64,000 nucleotides of DNA from NCBI GenBank assembly GCA_002633005.1, contig NMRA01000042.1, forward strand, positions 92,900 to 156,899, in the 5' to 3' direction. Below are positions 23,801-35,300 of this stretch, piece after piece (the first letter of the stretch is position 1; every line of letters starts with the position of its first letter). A program made the position numbers and the translations under genes. The notes below the pieces were generated by a model, which saw only the letters and a program-made list of their open reading frames with translations, did no database searches and was not told where the DNA came from. This DNA comes from Phoronis australis (Eukaryota > Animalia > Phoronida).

Positions 23801-26800
23801 CTACGAAGGAGAGTTCTACTAGTGTGTAATTTGGAACGGCCTTATTGGTACATGTACCAGTGTTAAGAAGATTGAAACTACTTAATTACTCACGTGGTGT
23901 CATCACGGCAATTGACTTTGTGCATTTTCGGCTCACGAGTAGGTGCTCTCTCCACAATTTGACACCTAAGGGTGTCCACGTAGTCGTCACCAGATCCGGA
24001 GTCAGAGTCGTAGACAGTTACTTTAATAGACACAATGACCTGAGAGGGAAAACAGAAGCAGGTATGATGTTGGTCTTACATGTGCAAGTTCCACTCGATA
24101 TTCGTTTTGAAGCAGTGTCAACACTGAACTACATGTAGCTATCCGAAATCCTTCAATCTGAAACCTCGTTCTAGAATGTGCATGTACCATGACACTGTGA
24201 GTGAGATGTTAGTTCTAGTAAGAACCCCGGTTCGACCTCTGACCCTATCAGGTAATTGGTACAGTACGTAATCATTGAACTGGAATTGTGTTGGCCACTG
24301 TGCTGGTTTTATTCAATAAACAAGATGGCTTTGCTGACGGTTGTGTTTCTCTGAATCTCTATTCTTTGTTCACGAAGGGAAGCCGTGCCAAAGCTAATTG
24401 ACCTATCGTAAGCTCCACCCCCTTGCGTAATGTCGATTAACAATCAATAAGTTTTACCCGGCAATGTGTTGTTTGTCGGGTAAAATGGCGGCTAGGAAAC
24501 GAAGGTGTGTCAATAATGCTGCGTTCTAAATGGTCAGTTAAGCCGTCACTCAAAATCCTGGCAATAGGTCAATTGGCAATTTGAACATAGAACATTTGCG
24601 ACTAAATTGGTCATTATTCAGTCGCTTACTCATGGGCGGCGCACCATAGGGGGCTGGGGGGAGGGGCTATGGCCCCCATCTTTTCAGTGCTGCACCGCCC
24701 ACGTAACTAGAGACAAATAAAAACAGATTTCGACAGGCCAAATTGAGCGCCAGCATTTTGACGGTCGCCTTCACTTGTGTCTGTCCTCACTTTAAAACTA
24801 AGAGTGCCAGTTCAGTAAACTGACAGGCCGTGTTTAAAGCGATGTTCATCACAGTCTCAACTATTGTTCATTCTGCTAACTTATTTCTTTTTCAATTTGC
24901 AAAACAAAAATAGGAATTCCAATTTATGTTCAATATCCCATGTCCAATATGATGAAAGATGCTTGTGTGCGTGTGTATGTGTGTGAGTCCGATTTTTGTT
25001 CAAAATACTCAGGTAAGACGTACATGTACATTAACTGTGCTCCCTGCGCCAGTCAGTATCGAAAGTTTGAACAAAATGGAGTCATAATTCATTGAATGAA
25101 CCATTCGTACAAGTTCGCGATGTTCATGTTGCCCCTACAAATTCAGATGTCGCAGAAGATTGGTTACGCAAGTTGAAATATCGCGTCATCACTTCCTGCA
25201 GCTTTGACGAACACGTGATTGTCGGCTTCGTCAGCAAAATACAGGCTGCTGTAATCTAAGTTTTGATTCATTGGTCAGTTTACATGTAGGTACACTTTCA
25301 TGTCTTAAAGACTGTTTAAGTAAGGCTGTTTTAGCCTTTGAAGTATTATCTCTGTGAATTATTGATATGGAATGTACACACGTTTTGAAAATTTTGAGAC
25401 TGCCACCGTCTGGAGTCTTCAATAATGCCAGTCCTCCGAATGATTCAGGGTGAATTTGAAAAATGGCTGACACACCGCCACCTTGGACCGATATCGCCCA
25501 AGAACAAAAGACCTCAGGTTATTGACGGAGTAAACTAAGTAAGTAAATGTCATGTCAATCGGGTGAAAAATTCGATCTCTGGCAAAAAATGATTGGCTAA
25601 CAAAGCACAGTTATCACTAACTAGTATACAAAAGAGCAGTCATCTAAGCAGTAAATCTCAAATATCGCAAGAACGGCGGGTCGTTGTAAGTAACGGGTTT
25701 CACATTGCCGTTAGCTCTTACATGTATATGATCTATCCACATATCAAATTTCAAACAGATCCTTAGAGGTACGCAGATTGTACAAAAGTCGATTATTTGG
25801 AGACTAAGTCCTCGGAAAATCTCGAATAACTCGAAAACGGTAAGACTGGGAGAAAAACAAATGAAACGCTCAAGAAAAGTCTATCCACAGAAAAAAATCA
25901 GAACAATACCACCGTAAGCAGCGGAGCTATGACTCCACAACAAAAGAAGAAAAAAATTACCGCCACAGCTGCATGTTGTTTCCGATTTTAATCAATTAAC
26001 AATAGGCTTCGAGCCATTCACTCATGGCGTGTATAAATATCCCGTTGATCCGAGAACAATTGCGATCTGTAGCTTGCAGACAAAGAAACAAACAAAAAAC
26101 CCAAAAATTGTGGCAATGCAACATACTCGGAGAAATTTCATTTGCTAAGTGATAAATAAGATTCAAGGTATTCTATTGTCAACTCTACAAATAACCTTAT
26201 TTCCCGTTTACTCACTGGCCAGCTTCTCATTTCGTAAGTCAGTGTGTGGTCGTCCAAGGCGTGACTATTTCTGTTGTTGTAGAATACTTTGGTTTTTAGA
26301 TAAGCAATGTCACAACTTTCTGAGCCTCTGTAATGAAAATGTGTGCGTAAGAGTGTCGTTTTCTGCCTTTTTCTCGTTTCCTGGAACTGGAAACCAAAGT
26401 TGCGATACGCAATGCTTCCAAACATTGTTAGGGTCACCTCAGACGAACAGACACATGTGCAAGCTGAACTGTCTGCCTCAAGTGAACGAAATCAGAGGTC
26501 ACAGCTCACGCCAAGGAAAGAAAATAACAATTGAATGAATTAGCTTCTAGTTCTTTGGAATGTTCCTGCTTTGACGTCAACTGTCGACTCCCGATATTGA
26601 TCACTTACATGTATGTCCGTCTGCGGGGACGCCAAGGTCTCACTCTTCTTATCTTGGGTACATTACTCCTAAAAAAAACTTGGAGCTGTTTCTGGGATTT
26701 TACCTATAAAAAATAACCAAACCACGAACAGCACAAACCCCAAAATTCTTATGATCGAATGAAACGTCTGGTCTTCCATGAAGTTCATTTTCCACAGCTA

Positions 26801-29301
26801 CTGTCTTCTCCCCAACAAGTGACATGATCGTGTTTCATTCTCATTTTTTTCTAAGCGAAACTCGATTCGTTGATAACTATGCATTAATAACGTTTTTCTC
26901 GCGTTGTTTTTGTTTATTCTCAGCCCACGCCGCACTCATTTGAGGTTTATGTCCAAAATTGACAGTCCTACTTCACAACATGCATTTGAATTCACTGGAA
27001 AAGCTTTACGGATGCAGTCTGATAGACATGAAAAATCAGAAGCGTTTAGTTACATAAATTATCTCTGCGGCTTCCACGGAGAGCAGATATTTCTTACAAG
27101 AATGAGATAAGATTGGAAATTTAAAGAAATGTTACTCTTGGAGCTTTACTTTTTGTGATACTTTATATTTGTCGAGCCAGTGCGACAATTGTCAAAACAC
27201 CTTCCTTTACAATTCACTAGTACACCTGTTCATTTCAAACTGATTTCATGTTCAGTTGAGAAAGATCAGAAATCATACTTACTGCTTGGAAGACATGCAT
27301 AACTTGAAATAATGGTCGCACTGGCCGCCGAACCATGCATCACACCCTCCTTTAGAGTTTGTGTAATGCTTCAATACCAATGTCAGATTAGCAGATGCGT
27401 CGACAGCCTGTGAAGTACCGTTATAGGAGTGTAAATTTAAATTGTGTCAAGTTTTTCTTTTGAGCACCAAGTGACTTTACCTAATGTGAAGTCATTTCTA
27501 GTTAACTCATAATCATGTTAAACCATTTATTAAATATTGAACAGTGTGCCAAGTTCGGAAAAGTGTTACGATAGAAAGTCGCTACCTGGAGAAGGTTACT
27601 GTACATGTTCATGTACAACTCCACCTTTGGTATTACATGTCTGTTTTGGTTGCTGGGTTTGCACTTGACTATGAAATCTTTAGCATTAGCACTTCAGTGC
27701 TATTCACCTTAAATCAATTGCGAGAGTTTTGCCACCAGTCACGTAAAGCCGTATGGGTATTATTTTGGCGTATCTGGCAGACTGTCATGTTTTCCGCATG
27801 GATGAGTGGGCGCAGGTTGTTACCGAGGGGGGCTAATAGCTTTCGGTGCGACGATAGACTAAAGATTGGTTCGAGTTATAATCACTTTACTAATCTCGAC
27901 TGAAAGTTCCCAAGTCTCACTAAACAAAACGTTCGACATAATGTCTATACTATGCTCCAGCCAGTGCTGCGAGGCCTTGGCTTATGATGAACTTATGAGA
28001 CATTTATAACAACTGTTACAGGCATTGACTCAATAACCTGTTGTCTTTATAGTTGGATGTCTATTGGCTAACGCTGTAACTGCTGATTGTCTTCACTGCA
28101 ATTCAACTGTAACTTTAACTGACTTTAATTGACTTTCAACTCCAACTTCAACTGAGTTCAACTAACCCGTGCCTGGGTATTCACATGTGGAACTGCTCAC
28201 CAACTCCAAAACATTCAATCTCGCTCCAGAATCTACCCAATCATTGTACAATCATACATGTACACCAAGCCTCTAGAATATTCCAGGCTATTATTAAACA
28301 CGTTACCCATGCCGAATGATTGAATTGAGGTCGCAAGGTATTGTTTAACTTGCTTAATTCATGCGGAAGGCGTAAGAACGTCGCACGATTATCGCCTATA
28401 GGACATTACCATTGTTTTCTTTTTTGCGTCTTTGTTTGATATAACAATGCAGGTGGCATGGATATCGCAGGGTCNNNNNNNNNNNNNNNNNNNNNNNNNN
28501 NNNNNNNNNNNNNNNNNNNNNNNNNNNNNNNNNNNNNNNNNNNNNNNNNATAGAATCTGGGAGAATTTTAGGGGGGCCATGGCCCCCTTGGCCCCCTCTT
28601 AATCTGTCACTGTATAGTATCGCACATCAGCTGGTTTCCGATAAATGCTTGCCATTATGGAACTTTTCACCAATTCAAGGACATTCCAAATCGTTCCAGA
28701 ACCTACCCAGTCATTTTAAAGACATACACTGAGTCTCTAGAATGTTCCGGACTATAATATTTCAGAATCTTCTAGAATGTTCCGTACTCTTCTATTGTGA
28801 ACAAATTATCATTGACCTGACCTCATGGGTCACGTCAATCAAATACTACCTGCTAGCACACGAACAGAACAATAAAATAAAACTATTGAACTGAAACTAG
28901 TGACAGTCTACTTCTGACAGACGATGTTAAACTTTCTGGATGTTCTCGGGCTCAAATTATCTCTTCGAAATCGAGGTGGCTGCAGACAAAAGTAAAACTT
29001 AGCTGGAGGTCGGAGTTCGAAGCGCCAAGAGTTCATAATGAACTCCCTCAACGCGGGCCGGGCAATAGTCCGAAGGGTAGACAGTAGGCCTACGAAGGAC
29101 TAAAAGCTGAAAGGCCGATATTCCTAAAAGTGGCGACTCTTTGGCCTACTACTTTCACACCTTCAAGAATTTCTTGATTGGAGGTTGTAGCTTGTTACAA
29201 AGGCGAGAGTCACTGAAGTGCCGAAAATGAATTGAAAGTGTGTTCGGAAGAAACTACGATTTCTAATGTCACCATTTCTTAAGAAATTCAATGATCGATG
29301 A

Positions 29302-29334
<33 letters not shown>

Positions 29335-32300
29335 TTATTACGTGGCGAAGTCGTTATCCCCCGTATTCTAGAGCCCGAGTGGATTTTGGGGAATTATCGC
29401 CCGACGGTGGTAATTCTCCAAAATCCACGAGGGCTCTAGATAAGGGGGATAACGACTGAGAACATGTAATAATCTATTTATACCACATACTGAACGAGAA
29501 ACATTGCAATGAATCAATCTACCTTTCTCGACTCGCTTCGGCTTTATAACTACTTTCTACATGTATGTCAGAGACCCGGGGTCCGAGGTCGTGATCTTTT
29601 CAGAAAAGCCGAGCTATTTTTGTCAAAGAATGCTGTTACTCAAAACCAATTGAAAATTTAAACAAAATAGAAATAAAGTGAATCTATGAATTGAGGTTTA
29701 GCAACTGTTATGGCTTACTACACATTTTATCACGCCAAGCTGCCACCGGGAAAATATCGTCTGCTAAACTAGGTTACCACTGGTAACTGAGTACATGTAT
29801 AGACCTAATTCACGCGGCGGACATTAAAATCCAAAGCGAGGCTCACTGCGCTAAGGAGGCACAGAACAGTTCTCACAGGGGTTTGCCTGTCAGAACACAC
29901 GTCAATGCACTCCTCACCCTTTCTTCACTTTGTCAAAAACAGCATGCGAATACATGTAAGGAAATGTTTTGAGTCATTTCACATCACAAGCCCTACAGAT
30001 GAGCACAGAAACTTTATTCTCTCTTGTATTTTTGACCCATTCACTCCCAGTGGAAACCAAGCTGAACTAAGAAAAATGAGGGCAAAAAAATGCAAAATCG
30101 GCACTTTTCACCCCAAAATCACCACTTTCCTGCCGATGCTCGACTAAAGCCAACATTACATTCCGAAAGCAAATTTCCTACCAATTCCAAAAATGTGGTC
30201 CAAAAGTACTGTCAACCAACTAGTTTTTTAGGAAATCTGGCTTGTTTGAGGGCTACCTGAAATCGCGGCCAATTTCTCAGTTGCTACACAGCAATGCACA
30301 ACTGCAACAGGGGGCCACCATCTTGAAAAAGAGTGCAGCTACAGCCGAGAAACTGGCCTTTCTTCATTCTCAGCATGTTCACAAATACAAAAAAACACAT
30401 TCACTTGGCCTACACATAATACCTAACTAAAAATGCCCCCAAGCCTGGCCTAGCCCTAGATTTTAACATTTTGGGAGTGCAAATTGGCCGCGGCCACAGC
30501 CTAACTATTCTGTGCCACCAAAACATAGCGGAAGTTGACATTGCGTAAGTTAAATAGCCGGTCTTTCGAGTCCAACCTGGATATCAAATTTTGATAACGT
30601 GTCGACAATTAACCACAGAGACGTAGAAATTACATTAGAGAACAAGTTAAAGCGCCAAAGAGTTGTCTGACGAAAGGGTTTAATTTTTTTCGGAAAACTA
30701 GGTTCGAAACATGAAAAGTAAATATGACCAAATTGCGGCGATCGTAGTGTTACGGAATAGTTATTATGCTGAATGCAGGGTTACGTTTTTTCTTGTAAAT
30801 TGTAGATGAAAATACTATCTACACGAACCAGGTCATCTGCTCGTATTGTTGACGAGTTTAAGACATATTCGACAGTGGTGGCTGTCATGTGCAATTAGTC
30901 TAATCTGGTTTAATTTGTTGATCACGAATATTAACATCAAGCATAGCCTGATCCTGGTGAGGTAGGCACTCACTGGGATTAACAGTTGATTTGTCATTGA
31001 TCTGAAAGAATAATTGATGTTATTAAATATATTTTTTATTAAAATAAAAAACCAGGCTCGTAATTGAAAATAAAAATTATTTGACCATCAATTCTACTTT
31101 CTTGGTTTTAGTAGTTCTTACGTCTATTTCATGTGTTAGGTTGAAACTATTAATCTAGACGAAATTGAATTTTAAAATCAAAACACCTAATTCGTTCGTG
31201 CAAAACTCAATTTCAGTTAACTGGACAAAGCAATCATAGTTATAATGTTTCTCCAGGAGCCTCGTTAATTCGAGGGGAAAGGTGCCAGTGCCTTCTGAGA
31301 GGGTATTTTTTCGCCGAGTGAGGGGAACAATCTACCTCCCGATCACCATCAATAGCACCCCAGCCCTGTTGCAAGCTCTCATAGGCTCTGTCTCAATTTA
31401 AAATAGTCTTTTGTGCTCTTAAAATTGCCACCTGTGTGGTTACAGGTGATGTGAACTCAGAGAGAATTTTCACTAGAGGATTTTTTTGCCTCGAGGGGGG
31501 AATTTCGCGTGATTTATCAATATTTTTGATAGGGGAATAGGGCCGATATTGGGCCCCAAAAATCGAGGAATTGAGGGCCCTGTCATTTTTAGAAAGAAAA
31601 ATTATAATGTTTCAACCTTTAGTCATGAAAACACAGCCTGGCTGGCTCATTCTCCGGTCGTTACTATGATGCTTGGCAACGGAGATGCGAAAACTATGAT
31701 CTAACTTTTCAAAAACATTTATCAATTTTACACGGACATATTTTGGTTCGTCGTGGCGTATGGCAACGACCCAACGCTTCCGAATCTCAACGTCTTTAGG
31801 GACTGTAAAGCAGACAGTTGAGTGTCCGTATTTTTTCTAGCCGTTCGCGGAGAAACGCGGACTGAAATACAACTATGCTGATAAGCTAACAGAGCTATCG
31901 TAGCGAGCCTCGTTTTGGAACGCGCCTCCTGTCGGTGTGAATTAAGTCTATATGCTCAAGTCAAAGGATCCCGACGACACGATACCCGCATTCAATTTGG
32001 AGATCGGTGATTTTCAAGTGAGAGAACATGACAGAAAAAACTCACTGAATTAAAACATCGTTCTTATGGAAACTATGCGTCTTATTTTTCATATCGAATG
32101 AATGTCGGTACAATGCCCTTTGCTGAACATGCGATTGTTGCGCATGCTCATTTAAGTATTCTATTTTCACGTTCGATGACGTCAGCCGCTGAGTGGTGTA
32201 GTGGTAAAGTCGGCGAGCCGAAACTATTGAGGCCCGGGTTCGAAACCGGCCTTTGTTTCCCGCCAAAATGTTTTCTTACTAGTGAGATAACTAAAGGGGT

Positions 32301-35300
32301 TATTACACGGTTGTATTTGCCATTCGAAGCTAATATTGTGGTATAAACAGTTTTATTTTACCTCACATGCACTTAAGTCTAAGGTATGCCAAAATTTGTA
32401 ATTAGGCGCGTGCCCTCAAACGCAAACCAATGAGTAAAACCATATTTGAAATTCAATTCTCAGCGCACCCCAGTGAAGACTGTTGCCGAAAACCGAGCTC
32501 ACTCAGTACTCCTAAGACTACTGTTCGTGTAGATGTACGTACGTGCATGCAGACTAGTTTCCGTCCAGATTTTAATTAAGAAGCAAATGTACGCTTGCTT
32601 TTCGTTTGGAAACTGTAGGCTTATGCTAACAACTAATTGGGAATTTCCAAAAACCACGCCCTTAAAAGACCGTCCCCGAACCAGAAATCATTCAAAAGAA
32701 GGCTGAAATTAGCATGAACTGGATTTTAGAAAGGTTTATGAAGTGACACTTTAAACTCAATTTATACATTTTAACTTATTTATTGTGATATTTATAATGA
32801 AGAACATCCCGCCAGTTTTCCCTGTTTTTCGTGAGGCCCTCAATACTCCATTATTACCCAATAATTTAAACTGTTAGATCGATTATTAACATTTGCCTTT
32901 GCGACGCTGAAAAATGATATGTTGGTTAAACGGTGACCACTCGTTCCAAACGCCGTATTACCATTCAAGAGTCTATTAAACGTAAGCCGTTACGTGCTTG
33001 AAGCTCACTGTAATATATTACTACAATACATTATACACTGTAACACTCTTGAAGAAGCCCACAATGAGACGGTATTTTCTTTGAACAACGAGAACAAGTG
33101 TGAAGTCGCGAGAACTAAAAATTCTGGGATAGCGGTACTTTCATCTGGGGCTGCTACTTTGTAAATTCGGCGCAAAATACAGATTGCCGCTAGTCTCGAA
33201 GCTCAATATAAGCCAAAATCTTGGCAACAAGAGCAAACATCAACTTGATCCGGGGAGGGCACCGTAACACTTATGTAGGACTCGTTGAAAAGTGTTACGG
33301 TGTATAGTGTATTGTAGTAATATATTACAGTAAGCTGCAAGCATGTAACGGCTTGCATTTAATAGGCTCTTGAGTGGTGTTACGGCGTTTGGAACGGGTG
33401 GTGGTTAAATATGTCATTGTTCATTTCATTTGCTGTTTTTGTTGTCATGGCGTGAAATACATGTTTTCACATTTAGTGGGATGTTATTCTAATATCTTAC
33501 ACACAGCGTTCAGTTATGCTCAGCATTCAAAAAGTAACGTGTTTGCGAAAGAACGCTCTTATTTCCATCAGAGATCTTTCAAAATAATGCACTTGTTTGG
33601 GGCTCTCTTTCGGACATTCTGAAAATGAAGCAGGTGTTGGTTTAAATCAAAATGGAAAGTCCAAGAACTTAAAAGGCAAAAAGTTCAGCTGAATATTCAG
33701 GTAAGCAGTTCCACTGAAATTTTTTTAAGCTTCAGGAATGTGTCGCAGTGCTCCATTTCTATACCGCAGAAGATTAAAAATTGTTATGCATTTACTAAGT
33801 ACATTATTAACGAAATTTGATCGCCTTGATATACTGGTTTAAAGCTACTAAAACTGCAAGTGACAGTTAAACGCTATGTACATGTACATGTACATGTACA
33901 TGTACATGTACATGTACATGTACATGTACATGTACATGTATGTACGTCGGTGTCCATTTGGTTGCTCTGGTTTTTCACCCCGGCTCACGCAACACATTAC
34001 AGACATGCTGCTGGGGAATCTACTCCGAACACCAAAACCTTTCCCTACAAGCTCTACACGTATCAAAATGGCGGCAATCAACAAAGGTCTATTGGGAATT
34101 GAAGAAACTCCTGGGTGTCTACGGAGACAGTCCATTGTTTCGAAGGGCCATTATTCTTAAGGGTTGTTTCGAAAATTCCCTAGCGAGATGAAGGTTTCGA
34201 AACGGCAAACTTTCGAGATAACAACGAGGGTAAAATTCAATAACGCTAGGGCCTACGTTAGGACATCCCTAAAATCTAGCCAAAATCACGCGTTTTCACT
34301 TAAAATACAAGGCAATTATCACACGTAATCTCCCGAAGTGTTGATTTGCGGTGTCCTAGCGTTATTGAACTCTACCCGGCGCATTCTTTAGATGGCTTAT
34401 TAAGAAAGAACACTAGTCTAAACGGTCCCTAGTCCAAAATAAGAAGCAATTTTGGTGCAATGGGCCGTTCGTCTGCGCCTTCTTCGGTGACACCTACATG
34501 AACATGTAAATGTCCGAGATTCATCTTGAAAATATTGTTTGGGTGCGCATGGCAAAACGACGAATAAAATTGCCATGAGCCTATTTTATGAAACGTGTCT
34601 TAAGAATTAAGACTGCATTTTAAAAAAGCTCCACATAACCATTTCTGAAAAAATATTAAACCTCACTTGTGCAAAAGTGCAAAGTCTCTCTCTGAGAATA
34701 AATGATTGTTGTCCGCTCTTAATTACTCGACTAATCATTTTTCAGAAGCTGTCAAGTGGAAGCGTATGACCAAATTTCTGTTTTAAGTCACTTTCATGAA
34801 AGAGATCACCAATATTAAAATCTTCACATTTAAAAAACAGCTCATTCCTAACCAATATCTTGCTATTCAGTCACCAAACGGTCGCTAGTACGACCCGTTT
34901 GTATATGTTGTGGAAACTGTTATTAAGGTCTAATAAGCAAAATTACCGCATCAATTTCACGCGTCTCGTTTTTGTGAAAAGCTGCACGTAAGCAAGGAAG
35001 TACATGTATGTTTTGAGACACCATGATAGCGTAGAATGAATAAAATCTCGCATCATTTTAGAAACAGTCAGCTACTAAAAATGCCCCACCATCGAATCAT
35101 CTCTCAGAAAACACGGACCAGAACCAAACGTGCTTTTTGTTCTGAAGTAACGTATAGTCGATACTTTCCTGAATCGAAATGAAAACAATTACAATCATGA
35201 TTGCAGAAGCAACAGCCGATGGAAAAAATCACTTGAAAATGGGCAACACGATTTATGTCAATTTTGTATTAAAAATCGACATGGGAATTTTTTATCAATA

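Noticed and set aside
27948-28905. Additional solo LTRs (also ~23861-24442)
   Set aside because: LTR-like composition and a ...CA end, but the 5' end or TSD is not convincing, and an N gap interrupts one.
32185-32250. tRNA gene
   Set aside because: Only the A and B boxes remain; a cloverleaf cannot be completed. The same applies to ~52775-52845.
33848-34191. ORFs with (MY)n or (VH)n runs
   Set aside because: Translations of the (TACATG)n microsatellite.
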